A stretch of DNA of 64,000 nt from the IMG/VR virus record IMGVR_UViG_3300007513_000013, positions 32,001-96,000 of that record; one strand, written 5' to 3'. The DNA comes from a virus. The position numbers and the translations under genes are program-made. A model generated the notes under the pieces. That model searched no databases. It was not told the DNA's origin and worked only from the letters and a program-made list of their open reading frames with translations. Below, piece after piece: positions 16,546 through 26,129 of the stretch. The number at the start of each line of letters is the position of its first letter. The first letter of the stretch is position 1.

Positions 16546-16770
16546 ATGGCAAAGAAAAATGTAATTCAAGAAGAGAGTCCACAAGTTAATATTAAAGACG
16601 CTGATGATATTGTGTGTGAAAAGTGTGAGAGCACCTATTTTCAGCCCGCTTTCATTATTAAGCGTATTTCGCCCTTGATGTCACCAACAGGACAGGGAAT
16701 GTTTGCTCCTGTGCAATTGTTTCAGTGTGCTGAATGTAAACACGTTAATGAAGAATTTTTGAATTTTTAA
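16546..16770 (+). CDS. Zinc-ribbon protein
   Basis: CEKC...CAEC; GAGGT SD. Confidence 0.8.
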   Translation: MAKKNVIQEESPQVNIKDADDIVCEKCESTYFQPAFIIKRISPLMSPTGQGMFAPVQLFQCAECKHVNEEFLNF

Positions 16771-16808
16771 TTAGCTGTTGACCAAATGCATTTATAGTTA
16801 AAAATATA

Positions 16809-17012
16809 ATGCAAGTTGGCATGTATGTCAGACATATGTTGTATCGCAATCGTGGCGAACATGTGTATCGCTATGGAATTATTGTAGAATTTATGTGCAC
16901 AGATGTGCCAAAAGTGGCTAATGTCTTTTGGCAACCCACCCCTTCTTATACGCTTCAGATTAATCCTTACTTTCAAATAATAAAAGTATATTTACTAGAA
17001 CCCATTTCATAA
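16809..17012 (+). CDS. Small SH3/KOW-like protein
   Basis: MQVGMYVRH...YGIIVE...NVFWQ...LLEPIS. Confidence 0.65.
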   Translation: MQVGMYVRHMLYRNRGEHVYRYGIIVEFMCTDVPKVANVFWQPTPSYTLQINPYFQIIKVYLLEPIS

Positions 17013-17051
17013 AACTTACAACTACTTATATAAGCAAAGGTATTTTATAAC

Positions 17052-17822
17052 ATGGATTCAACTAAAGACCCCAAGGGTATTCTAGAAGAAATCGAACCAG
17101 AATCGGTTGATGTGTCTAGTTTCGAGGTACAAGACATCCTACATCCAGAGTTTTGGGATGAGGCCGGAAATCTAAATGAAGAAATAGCAAACAAACTATA
17201 TGAAATTGCTAAAGAATTCTTTCAAGGCTTAGAATTAGATTGGGTTGAGATTGTTGATGTTACAATGACAGGTTCTTTAGCGAATTTCAATTGGTCAGAA
17301 TATTCTGATATTGATCTCCACGTTATTGTGGACTACACACAAGTAGACGACAAACAAGATTTAGTTCAAGACTTTTTTAGAACCGCTTCCAGCCTTTGGA
17401 ATAGAAATCATAAAATATTAATAAAAGGATTTGAAGTAGAAGTGTATGTTCAAGATTCCAATGAGCCGCACTATTCTACTGGTGTATTCTCTATAAGAAA
17501 TAACAAATGGAACACTGAGCCCTCTAGAGAAGAGAACATAATTGACGAGAAGAATATAAAAAAGAAAGCTGCAGCATTTATGAACGATATCGACGCAGTG
17601 TATGAACTGTTTGAAGAAGGACACTATGAAGAAACTGTAGAACAAGCAGAAAAATTAAAAGAAAGAATCAGAAAACTTAGACAATCTGGCTTAGAGGATA
17701 AGGGCGCGTTTTCAGTAGAGAATTTAGCTTTTAAAATTCTAAGACGTACAGACTATTTACGAAGACTGTCTAGTGTAAAAACAATGGCATATGATAAATC
17801 AATGTCGATCAACGAGGAATAA
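17052..17822 (+). CDS. DNA polymerase beta-superfamily nucleotidyltransferase
   Basis: GSLANFNWSEYSDIDLH (GS...DxD) and EVEVYVQ third acidic residue. Confidence 0.8.
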   Translation: MDSTKDPKGILEEIEPESVDVSSFEVQDILHPEFWDEAGNLNEEIANKLYEIAKEFFQGLELDWVEIVDVTMTGSLANFNWSEYSDIDLHVIVDYTQVDDKQDLVQDFFRTASSLWNRNHKILIKGFEVEVYVQDSNEPHYSTGVFSIRNNKWNTEPSREENIIDEKNIKKKAAAFMNDIDAVYELFEEGHYEETVEQAEKLKERIRKLRQSGLEDKGAFSVENLAFKILRRTDYLRRLSSVKTMAYDKSMSINEE

Positions 17823-17824
17823 AA

Positions 17825-18691
17825 ATGAAATTGACCAAAGAACAATTACAAAAACTAATACAAGAAGAATACCAAAATGCGCTAAGTGAGCAGGTGCATG
17901 AACCTACGAGTCCGAGGTATGACCTGATGAACGTGCCGCGGCAGTGGCAAAATGTAGCACCAGACTCTGAGGGTTTTGGTACGCAAGTTCATAAGAAGGG
18001 AGACGATGACAAAATATATGGAATGACGCGACCGGCCACCGAGGGCGAAATTGCTGATCGGTTCAACATTGGGGACGGATGGTGGGCCGATGCATTAAGA
18101 ACTGGTCGCGACACTGTTGCCAACTTTACTCCCGCTACGGATGAAATTTGGGGACACACACCATTGGAGCCCCGGACCGATGTTGAAGCGGTATATGGCA
18201 TGCCCCGAACTGAACAAGAACAAGAACATTATAAAGTACGACCTTTGGACCGGAGTGACGAAATGGAAGCCGGATATTTGACGGAATCCCTGCAACGAAT
18301 CATACAAGAAGAATACGAAACGATGGTAGGTCCAGAAATAGTAACAGATCCATTAACCGGCCAAGAGTATGAAGATCCTTACGGGGGAATTGCAGCGAAT
18401 TTAGCTACTTTTGGAGAAGCTTATCCGTTTGACTATGATCCCTATGCAGCGCCGGAGGGCTATCAAATTCCACATTTTGAACCTCCTCCTTCGTCAGGAT
18501 ATTATGGGGGCCCCCTGAATAACGCTTATATGTCGCCGGAGGAAAGTGAGGCCAATGTGATGCGCGCAGAACAGGAAAGGGCGGAGCAATTGCTACAAAT
18601 GAAATCTCTTTTAGATCCAGGGCCGGAAGGTCCAACAGAAGAGCAAGTTCGTAATGAGCTTATACGGCAAGAAATGGAAAGAAACCAGTAA
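17825..18691 (+). CDS. Leader-bearing modular acidic P/G/Y-rich protein
   Basis: MKLTKEQLQKLIQEEYQNALSE; internal LTESLQRIIQEEYETM. Confidence 0.8.
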   Translation: MKLTKEQLQKLIQEEYQNALSEQVHEPTSPRYDLMNVPRQWQNVAPDSEGFGTQVHKKGDDDKIYGMTRPATEGEIADRFNIGDGWWADALRTGRDTVANFTPATDEIWGHTPLEPRTDVEAVYGMPRTEQEQEHYKVRPLDRSDEMEAGYLTESLQRIIQEEYETMVGPEIVTDPLTGQEYEDPYGGIAANLATFGEAYPFDYDPYAAPEGYQIPHFEPPPSSGYYGGPLNNAYMSPEESEANVMRAEQERAEQLLQMKSLLDPGPEGPTEEQVRNELIRQEMERNQ

Positions 18692-18702
18692 GGAACAAAA
18701 CT

Positions 18703-18927
18703 ATGTGTATAATTTGTACAGAATTTAGAGCAGGAAAACTCACCGTTAAAGAAGCTTTACGCAATTACGGCGAAATGCAAGAAATAATTGAAGAAGATCA
18801 CAAGCCAGAAGTTGATCAATTGCTGTACGAAGGGTTTTGGAAAGAATACAGCGAACAGTCTATGGAATCAGGTGGCGAAAAAGAAGAAGATGACGATTAT
18901 TATGAAGAAACAGGATTTGGCGATTGA
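18703..18927 (+). CDS. Hypothetical protein
   Basis: MCIIC...KLTVKEALRNYGEM, acidic tail. Confidence 0.7.
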   Translation: MCIICTEFRAGKLTVKEALRNYGEMQEIIEEDHKPEVDQLLYEGFWKEYSEQSMESGGEKEEDDDYYEETGFGD

Positions 18928-19373
18928 TGAAAAAATGCTTAATTTCAATTATATTGTTGCTTGTGGCATGTGGACCTCAATATGTAAAGGATCCCAATGC
19001 TAACGTTTTAGTAACCTCACAATATGAAAATGGGCCGCTAACAATACACCTTCCGGAAAACTGTAGGCCGCAACTCGATTGTAGTCAAAAAACAGAAGCA
19101 CAGTGCTCAATTGCACTTTATGAGGCTTCTAGAAAATTTATGAAAGAGGGTGAAAAACTAGCTAACAAAAAACTCTATCTTTCCGCTAGTTTAGAATATA
19201 TGCAAGCGTTGACTCGGCTTTCTGAGGCGAAAATTAGAGTCAACAAAGTGAAAACCGAATTGAACGATTTTATACAATGGAAACAGATCGAAAATTATAA
19301 CTTAGAAGAAAAGCTAAAACGAACAATCAAATATTGTGAAAAAAAGGTGTTTTTGTTACAATGGAAAAGATAA
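18924..19373 (+). CDS. Putative lipoprotein
   Basis: Signal ending LLVAC; helical C-terminal half. Confidence 0.7.
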   Translation: MMKKCLISIILLLVACGPQYVKDPNANVLVTSQYENGPLTIHLPENCRPQLDCSQKTEAQCSIALYEASRKFMKEGEKLANKKLYLSASLEYMQALTRLSEAKIRVNKVKTELNDFIQWKQIENYNLEEKLKRTIKYCEKKVFLLQWKR

Positions 19374-19579
19374 AAGTGGATATTAAAACAGCTATAGCTA
19401 TAGGTACTTTGTTGTTTGCTTTTGCAGGGTTTTACTACACAACTGTTAGTGATATCAATAGTTTATCGCTTAACATCAAGGGCCTTGAAAGTGAAAATAG
19501 AATGCATCAGAAGCGATTAGACTCATTAGATAAAAGAATGTCTAAAATAAATAAAAAAATAAGGGAACTACAAAAATGA
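19361..19579 (+). CDS. Single-TM coiled-coil protein
   Basis: TM segment AIAIGTLLFAFAGFYY followed by heptads. Confidence 0.65.
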   Translation: MEKIKVDIKTAIAIGTLLFAFAGFYYTTVSDINSLSLNIKGLESENRMHQKRLDSLDKRMSKINKKIRELQK

Positions 19580-19995
19580 AAAAAACAATTATTTCTTTGC
19601 TATTAGCAATCTTTATGACTGCATGCGCAACAACTCAATTAAAACAACAAGATTTACACCCTCTTATGACATTAGAGACGGTTAAAGCTAATTGTGAGGC
19701 AAGTGAAAGTTGGCAGGTTGGTGTCATTGGACTGGCTAGCCATATTGTAAGATTTGAGAAATGTTTAGCTGTTGAACCTCTTATTTTGATTGCAATAGAC
19801 ACTGAAGTACATACAGACAAAATCAATAGAATCTCCATCGATTTATTGGCAGCACATTATGCCTCGTTCTTGAACAAGGAAGACGAGACAAAGATATATT
19901 CAGTTGAAAAACTCAAAGAAGAGCTGGACAAAAAAGAAGGCTGGCTTGTCTATTATTACGCAGTAAAACAGAAAGAAAAAGAAAAGAAGGAATAG
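19576..19995 (+). CDS. Putative lipoprotein
   Basis: MKKTIISLLLAIFMTAC lipobox. Confidence 0.75.
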   Translation: MKKTIISLLLAIFMTACATTQLKQQDLHPLMTLETVKANCEASESWQVGVIGLASHIVRFEKCLAVEPLILIAIDTEVHTDKINRISIDLLAAHYASFLNKEDETKIYSVEKLKEELDKKEGWLVYYYAVKQKEKEKKE

Positions 19996-19998
19996 TTT

Positions 19999-21483
19999 AT
20001 GAAAGATTATTTTACAGGTTGGCGAAAATACCTTTTAGTTGAGCGCTATTCAATGCAGGCTGCGTATGAAGCCATTAAGCCCAACAACAAGAAAATGTAT
20101 AACTTATATAATAGGTACGTTAATCAGACTTGGCACTGGGACGTCGAAAACGGCTATATTGACCCAAGAGATGATCCAGAGCCGCCAGCAGATGAAGAAA
20201 AAATAAACAAAGCAGCTGCCAGTTACAGAAATTATATATTAGAAATAATACCAGAAGACATATGGGGCCCAAACGTAACAAGCCCAGAACAAAAAAAGAA
20301 AGAATCCGATAAAAATCAAGGCCTTGCAATGATGTGGGTTCGCAAATTAGCCCTTAAGGATCCAAATCTAGCCAGAGATATTATAGATGGCGAAATATCA
20401 TTTACAGGTCAAGGTCGACCTTATGCAAATATTATGCCCGACCTTGAAATCTACTTCCAAAATCTAGATTTAATGCCAAAAAGGAACTTAATAGAGCTTG
20501 AATCATTTGAAGAATTGCATCAAATGGTAGAAGCGGCAAAAGAAGAAATTCATGCTCGACAACAAGAAAGACAATACCTCGACGCAGAAGAGGGAACAGA
20601 AGTTTTAAGAGATGATGGGGAAATATATATTGCCGCTCTCCACAATAAAGGCGCTGCATGCGAATTGGGAAAAGGAACAGATTGGTGTACAGCTGCGCCC
20701 GGTTTAGATTATTTTTCAGACTATTATGAGCCAGATGATCCATTGTTCTTTTTTAAACGGAAACCGAAAACCGATCCGGATAAGCCTGAATTTATGCAGC
20801 GCGGCCACAAATCTCATCCGGGTGGTGAAGAAAAATATCAATTTCATTATGGCTCTGAACAATTTGTGAATGTGGAGGACTACCCGGTCAGTGATAAACT
20901 ATTCAAAGTACTTCACGGTTTTCTTATGCAAACAGAAGCACCACAAAAATATCCAGTTGTACAAACCTATCACTACAATCTCGTGGCCGATGATCCAAGC
21001 ACACCTCCAGAAGAGTTGAATGATATGGTTGAAGCGTTTGGGAATCTCTTGACCACCCATGATCATTACCACGCGGGTTTGACGTCTGAAGTCTTGTCAA
21101 AAGTTGCAAAAAACCCAAACACGCCAATTGAAGCACTTAGAAAACTTTCTAATTCGCGCGATAAATTTATTATTAGAAGCGTTCAAGTTAACGAACAGTT
21201 GGCGAATTTATTAGGCCCTGACCCAACAGAAGAGGGCATGAAATTAGCAAAAGAAATATTCCTCAACAATATAGAAGATCCACTAATATTTGACAGAGGT
21301 TTGAAACAATTCGGCCGCTGGATAAAGGCTGGAATAATGTCCAAAGAAGAAGCAAATAAAGCATTAAAGGATCATGTGGAGGCAGAAGAATTCCGCAAAA
21401 AGGCAAAAAAGGTTGCAAGGTCTGATGGGGGGTCTCAAGCAACATTAAGAGAGCGCAAGATCAGAATAAGGATAAAGAAATGA
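19999..21483 (+). CDS. Leader-bearing hypothetical protein with LRV/HEAT-like repeats
   Basis: MKDYFTGWRKYLLVE leader; ACELGKGTDWCTA; DPSTPPEEL and KNPNTPIEALRKL repeats. Confidence 0.8.
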   Translation: MKDYFTGWRKYLLVERYSMQAAYEAIKPNNKKMYNLYNRYVNQTWHWDVENGYIDPRDDPEPPADEEKINKAAASYRNYILEIIPEDIWGPNVTSPEQKKKESDKNQGLAMMWVRKLALKDPNLARDIIDGEISFTGQGRPYANIMPDLEIYFQNLDLMPKRNLIELESFEELHQMVEAAKEEIHARQQERQYLDAEEGTEVLRDDGEIYIAALHNKGAACELGKGTDWCTAAPGLDYFSDYYEPDDPLFFFKRKPKTDPDKPEFMQRGHKSHPGGEEKYQFHYGSEQFVNVEDYPVSDKLFKVLHGFLMQTEAPQKYPVVQTYHYNLVADDPSTPPEELNDMVEAFGNLLTTHDHYHAGLTSEVLSKVAKNPNTPIEALRKLSNSRDKFIIRSVQVNEQLANLLGPDPTEEGMKLAKEIFLNNIEDPLIFDRGLKQFGRWIKAGIMSKEEANKALKDHVEAEEFRKKAKKVARSDGGSQATLRERKIRIRIKK

Positions 21484-21524
21484 AACTCCTATTTGAAAAT
21501 TGGCGAAGGTCTCTAAATGAGTGA
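21480..21524 (+). CDS. Leader-only micro-ORF (14 aa)
   Basis: MKLLFENWRRSLNE*; DNA nearly identical to the start of 22074; ATGA and GTGA overlaps on both sides. Confidence 0.55.
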   Translation: MKLLFENWRRSLNE

Positions 21525-21871
21525 AAGATTTAAACTTTTTCACCTATAAAGCAAAATTAATAAAAGTTATAGATGGTGACACCATCGATGCAAAAATCGA
21601 TTTAGGGTTTGATGTGTGGGTTAAAAAAAGAATTAGACTTTTTAATATTGACACTCCAGAGGTTCGAACAAAAGATCTAGCAGAAAAAAAGAAAGGTCTA
21701 GCAGCAAAAAGCAGATTAATAGAAATACTAAACGAATCAAATAATGAATTTTGTATTGTTTCCCATGGTGTTGGAAAATACGGAAGATGTTTAGGTGAAC
21801 TATTTATAGGTGAAAAAAACATTAATAAACAATTGATTTTAGAAGGGCATGCCAAGGAATATAATAAATGA
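21521..21871 (+). CDS. Thermonuclease (SNase-like)
   Basis: VIDGDTI, RIRLFNIDTPE, GKYGRCLG. Confidence 0.9.
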   Translation: MKDLNFFTYKAKLIKVIDGDTIDAKIDLGFDVWVKKRIRLFNIDTPEVRTKDLAEKKKGLAAKSRLIEILNESNNEFCIVSHGVGKYGRCLGELFIGEKNINKQLILEGHAKEYNK

Positions 21872-22077
21872 GTCATCTAAAAGACAATGACGAAACATAC
21901 ATTAGTCATTTTTTATTTGCAGGAAAGATTGGGTTAACTTTAATTTTTAGAGGAACTATATTTTTATTGCATGCACTGTTTCCGATAGCTGATGTACCAA
22001 AGCGCTGGAACTTGTTTGCTACAATATCAGAACTAAAAGAGTGGCACTCTTATACAATTACGAGAAAAAACAAATGA
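21868..22077 (+). CDS. Small protein, DUF6356-like
   Basis: MSHLKDNDETYISHFLFA...LLHALFP. Confidence 0.6.
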   Translation: MSHLKDNDETYISHFLFAGKIGLTLIFRGTIFLLHALFPIADVPKRWNLFATISELKEWHSYTITRKNK

Positions 22078-22592
22078 AACTATTATTTGAAAATTGGCGA
22101 AGGTACTTGAAAGAAGACAAGGATATAGATTCTGTTGTTAAAGTTGTTATTTTAAACGATGAAAATAAAATTTTAATTTTAAAACGAAGTGATGATGAAA
22201 TGTGGAATTTACCGGGTGGCCACATGAAAGAAAATGAAAGCGAAGAAGAAGGTGCAAAAAGAGAAGTCTCCGAAGAAACTAATTTAGCTGTTGAGAACTT
22301 GAAGCCAATTGGTGAAAAAGGCAAAATAAAGTACTATGAATCTAAGGAGTTTAGTGGTATAATAGAGTTAAATGAAGAACACACAGAATATGTGTGGGAG
22401 AACAGCGAGGAGATTGCAAACAAGGATATGCATCAAAAAGATAAAGACATTATAACTGAAAAGTATAATAAATTAGAAGAGTTTGATACAAATATCCCAG
22501 GCCAAACACTGGTTTATGGAGATCCCAATAATGCCGGTGGATTAAATACAAAGCCTAAAAAGTTTGCTGACGAAGAAAATGAAGGAAGTTAA
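22074..22592 (+). CDS. NUDIX hydrolase with N-terminal leader
   Basis: Nudix box PGGHMKENESEEEGAKREVSEET; leader MKLLFENWRRYLKE. Confidence 0.9.
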   Translation: MKLLFENWRRYLKEDKDIDSVVKVVILNDENKILILKRSDDEMWNLPGGHMKENESEEEGAKREVSEETNLAVENLKPIGEKGKIKYYESKEFSGIIELNEEHTEYVWENSEEIANKDMHQKDKDIITEKYNKLEEFDTNIPGQTLVYGDPNNAGGLNTKPKKFADEENEGS

Positions 22593-23178
22593 TAATTTAG
22601 TAAAAGAATGGAAGAAATTTTTATTAAAAGAAGATAAAACCTACCAAATATATTGTGATATGGATGGCGTTTTAGTAGATCTGGTTGGTGCCGTCTTAGA
22701 AAAGGCACAAAAAAATGCAAAAGATGAAAAGTTAAGAAAAGGTGTTGAAAAAATTCTAGCCATTGATTGGAGATGGACGGAAAAGAATCCAAAATACCAG
22801 AAATCTTTAGATTATATTGATAACATGGTAAGCAATAATGTAGAATTTTGGGCAACATTGCCCCCAACATCAGATAAAGACGTTTTGTGGAGTTATATTT
22901 CACAATATGATCCAATTATCCTTTCTCACCCATGGGATGGAGAGTCTGCAGAGGGGAAAAGAGTGTGGGTTTCGAATTTAATAGATCCTCAACCAATTGA
23001 TGTGATACTAACAGGCGACAAACACAGGCATGCTACAACAAAAGATGGTAAACCCAACATTTTAATTGATGATTTTGAAAAATATACTGTCCCATGGGAG
23101 CAAGCAGGGGGCATTGCCATACTACATACTTCTGCAGAGGACACAATAAGCAAACTTAAGGCTTTAATGGAGCAATAA
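22579..23178 (+). CDS. HAD-family 5'(3')-nucleotidase-like protein with N-terminal leader
   Basis: YCDMDGVLVD, GKRVW, ILIDD, WEQAGG; leader LVKEWKKFLLKE. Confidence 0.85.
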   Translation: MKEVNNLVKEWKKFLLKEDKTYQIYCDMDGVLVDLVGAVLEKAQKNAKDEKLRKGVEKILAIDWRWTEKNPKYQKSLDYIDNMVSNNVEFWATLPPTSDKDVLWSYISQYDPIILSHPWDGESAEGKRVWVSNLIDPQPIDVILTGDKHRHATTKDGKPNILIDDFEKYTVPWEQAGGIAILHTSAEDTISKLKALMEQ

Positions 23179-23925
23179 ATGAAGAAATTATTTGAAAATT
23201 GGCGAGGATTAATTAAAGAATCAAGGGGTCCAAAGGGTTTTCACTATAAAATTACACAAAGTTCCAAAACAATAGTGATTTTGCCTTTAAGTTTGCAAAC
23301 TAATGAACCAGAACCAGGAAAAGCAGAGGGAAATGCAGAGGTTGTTCTTGAAAAACGCACAGATATTCCCAATTGGCAGCTAGCATGGTCTAATGCACCT
23401 GCTGATTCAGAGGGTGTTGGTACGATAATGTACCTAATGGCACTAGAATTAGCCGGAAATGAAGGTTTATCCCCCGATGATTACGATCAAAGTGATGATG
23501 CACTACGTGTTTGGGCCAAATTTATGCCCGAAAACAATAGATTTGGTGTTTCTAAGGTCAAAAAAGAGCAATTTGCCCACGATAACGATGAAAATCCCTT
23601 CTTTTTTGTGTTCTACAAGCCGAATAGAGCCATTTTAAGCCGCTTTAAGGACCGTATATCGTATGAGGAGGGGTCGGAGGAAGAAAAGCCCGTCAAAGAG
23701 CCTGATATTGAGCCGTTCGACGTTGAAAATGACTGGGATTCTCTCTATGATGACGAAATATTGCAAGAAGAAGAGCCCTATCAGAAGAAAGTGAAGAAAA
23801 AACACCGCAGAATGAAGGTTAGACTGATTGGAAAGGGCAAAAACAAGCATAATGTGGGCAAAAAGATGAAAAAGCCGTCTTATAAGCGATCAAAAAGCGC
23901 TCCACCGGGCGCTGGTGGCTCTTAG
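23179..23925 (+). CDS. Leader-bearing hypothetical protein with basic tail (GNAT-like core possible)
   Basis: MKKLFENWRGLIKES; GVGTIMYLMALE; tail KRSKSAPPGAGGS. Confidence 0.75.
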   Translation: MKKLFENWRGLIKESRGPKGFHYKITQSSKTIVILPLSLQTNEPEPGKAEGNAEVVLEKRTDIPNWQLAWSNAPADSEGVGTIMYLMALELAGNEGLSPDDYDQSDDALRVWAKFMPENNRFGVSKVKKEQFAHDNDENPFFFVFYKPNRAILSRFKDRISYEEGSEEEKPVKEPDIEPFDVENDWDSLYDDEILQEEEPYQKKVKKKHRRMKVRLIGKGKNKHNVGKKMKKPSYKRSKSAPPGAGGS

Positions 23926-23955
23926 TGACTAGTTATTGATAGCGAGGGAGGTTTT

Positions 23956-24156
23956 ATGCCAATTATCACTGAAATTTCCGATTTTGACCTCGAAATGATC
24001 AATATTCTGATCAAAAAAGAGCGCGAAGAGCAAAATAACGCTTTTGGGCGCCCATTTCTTCAAATACCAACCCCAAATCCGCTAAATTGTCCGAAATTGC
24101 GCGAAATAACAGAAGAAAAACAAAATGACGACAAAATAATCATTATTGACATTTGA
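23956..24156 (+). CDS. Hypothetical protein
   Basis: GGAGG SD; RPFLQIP...IIIIDI. Confidence 0.7.
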   Translation: MPIITEISDFDLEMINILIKKEREEQNNAFGRPFLQIPTPNPLNCPKLREITEEKQNDDKIIIIDI

Positions 24157-24194
24157 AAACTATTTAAACTGTATACTTTTATTTTCCCGGAGTT

Positions 24195-26129
24195 ATGCAG
24201 CATATGCCCTATAAGAACCTTGCAAGAATTATATTAGAAGAGTATTATAAGCTTATAAGCGAGTCAAAGGGCAAACTACCATCGACTATAAGCAAAATAG
24301 GTAAACCGGTTCGTATACCTACGCCTAGGCTTCCAACTATTAGGCCTGGTTTGTTAAACCTCGGAAAAACCAGCAAAATAGGACAGACTGGTCATGTTCC
24401 GGATGACGTGGGAGCGCCGCTCGAAGGTGAATTTACATATAGACCTTATGATCTTGAAGCGGCGCCGGTAAAAGAATTGACGCCTGCTGTTGGCGCGCCG
24501 CATGTAGAACCACATGGCCAGAACGTGCAGTATTTAGGGGTGCGCGAGGCTCCGGGTGAACCTGTAGATTATAGCGCGCTAAGAACGGAACTTGGTGGCA
24601 TGCTGGCGCCACATTTTCGAAAAGAACCTGTAAATCCACAAAACTATAGTAGGGTGGCAATGCCGGGAGACGAAGGAAATTTAACGGTTCGGCCATCATA
24701 TGAACAATTTGAAGAACTAGCACCAAGTGGTTTGCGCGATGTAATAAAAAGCATCACAGCGGATGTAAGGGCGGGGGTTATTACTCCACACGATGCTGCT
24801 AGCTTTGTAATCGAGTATTATCCCCGTGAAGCAATGCAATGGCACACAAGACGAGGATATCTTGCGGATGTAGAAAAAGCAGTTAAAGCAAAGATAAAAA
24901 GCATCGATCTTTACCCTAGTGCTGAAAAAGTTGCGTTAGAAAAGTTAAGATTGAAAGCTGCAGAAGCTTTTGAAGCAAACAGACCGGTGGGAGTTGCAAG
25001 CACCGGAAGGCTTGATTTATCAGGTGGTTCAACCATGGAAATACTAGCTCAAGAAAAGGCAGTTATAGACAGCATTGCTCCAAGCTTGGCGCGCCAGTAT
25101 TATGGTAAGGATTATGGTAATTTAACACCTGGAGAAAGAGCGACTGTTCAGGGTATTAGTAAAAACACGCTTGATAGTATAAAAAATACGCCCCCAGCGC
25201 AACTTCGTAAAAATATTGCAAATTTGGAGGCGCGCCAAGGCCAACAGAACCCATGGGAAAAGGCTGGAGTCTCGAAAAAGCTATGGGACGAAGATGTTGC
25301 TGCGAGATGGGGACAATTAATTGATGAAGTACACCCAATGGTAGTAGATTATTATGTCGACGGAATTCGCAGTGGAAAAATTACGGGGCGCGCCCTACAA
25401 CTTGCGCGTGGAACATGGATGAAAGATCCTTTTTATCGCGCAATTGTAAACAAACTGGAGGAACCCTCGCTTATCATCACTGATCATACCAAAGAACCTG
25501 CGATGACCGTTCGAAGGGACTTTAGCGAAGATCCGCGGGGCGTAACGGTTGTTGAACCCACAAAAACACACGAGGATTACGCACCCGGGATGTCTCTTGA
25601 AGATTTTAAAGGCGTTGAGGCGCCGAGTAATTCGGAATTGGCGTGGGCTCGTCACAGGGCACATACGCAAAGGGGCCATGAGGATACAGGCCAACTCATT
25701 CCCGGAAGAACATATGGGATTCAAGCTTATGAGAGAGCGGTGAGCGAGATAGGGCGTCTAGGCATGCCTTTAACTCCCGGAGAAATAAGAGAATTGGCAA
25801 CTAACAGCCCTACAGCATTGCGTGTATATCGCGACATTTTAAATTTGGGATGGGATGAGCACATTGCGCCCGGCCTCAGAACGCCACGAGTGCGCGTTCC
25901 GGAGCGTGGGTTCGATTGGGACACACACTTACAAGACGTGGAACGGGAGATACAAAGGTTTGGGTATTCTCGTTCGGCTGCAGATGTATGGGGTGAAAAT
26001 CCACGTGGTGGTCTAACAGTTGTTGATGAGACACCGCCAAGAAGAAGAGGTCGCATGACAGAATTTGACGAAGCTAAAAAAATAGTACAGAAAGAATACC
26101 AAAAGTTATTGTTGGAAATCAAGAAATGA
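24195..26129 (+). CDS. Large leader-bearing hypothetical protein; N-terminus paralogous to 26126
   Basis: 644 aa; leader-like motif at both ends; KLPSTISKIGKP...APLEGEF. Confidence 0.8.
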   Translation: MQHMPYKNLARIILEEYYKLISESKGKLPSTISKIGKPVRIPTPRLPTIRPGLLNLGKTSKIGQTGHVPDDVGAPLEGEFTYRPYDLEAAPVKELTPAVGAPHVEPHGQNVQYLGVREAPGEPVDYSALRTELGGMLAPHFRKEPVNPQNYSRVAMPGDEGNLTVRPSYEQFEELAPSGLRDVIKSITADVRAGVITPHDAASFVIEYYPREAMQWHTRRGYLADVEKAVKAKIKSIDLYPSAEKVALEKLRLKAAEAFEANRPVGVASTGRLDLSGGSTMEILAQEKAVIDSIAPSLARQYYGKDYGNLTPGERATVQGISKNTLDSIKNTPPAQLRKNIANLEARQGQQNPWEKAGVSKKLWDEDVAARWGQLIDEVHPMVVDYYVDGIRSGKITGRALQLARGTWMKDPFYRAIVNKLEEPSLIITDHTKEPAMTVRRDFSEDPRGVTVVEPTKTHEDYAPGMSLEDFKGVEAPSNSELAWARHRAHTQRGHEDTGQLIPGRTYGIQAYERAVSEIGRLGMPLTPGEIRELATNSPTALRVYRDILNLGWDEHIAPGLRTPRVRVPERGFDWDTHLQDVEREIQRFGYSRSAADVWGENPRGGLTVVDETPPRRRGRMTEFDEAKKIVQKEYQKLLLEIKK

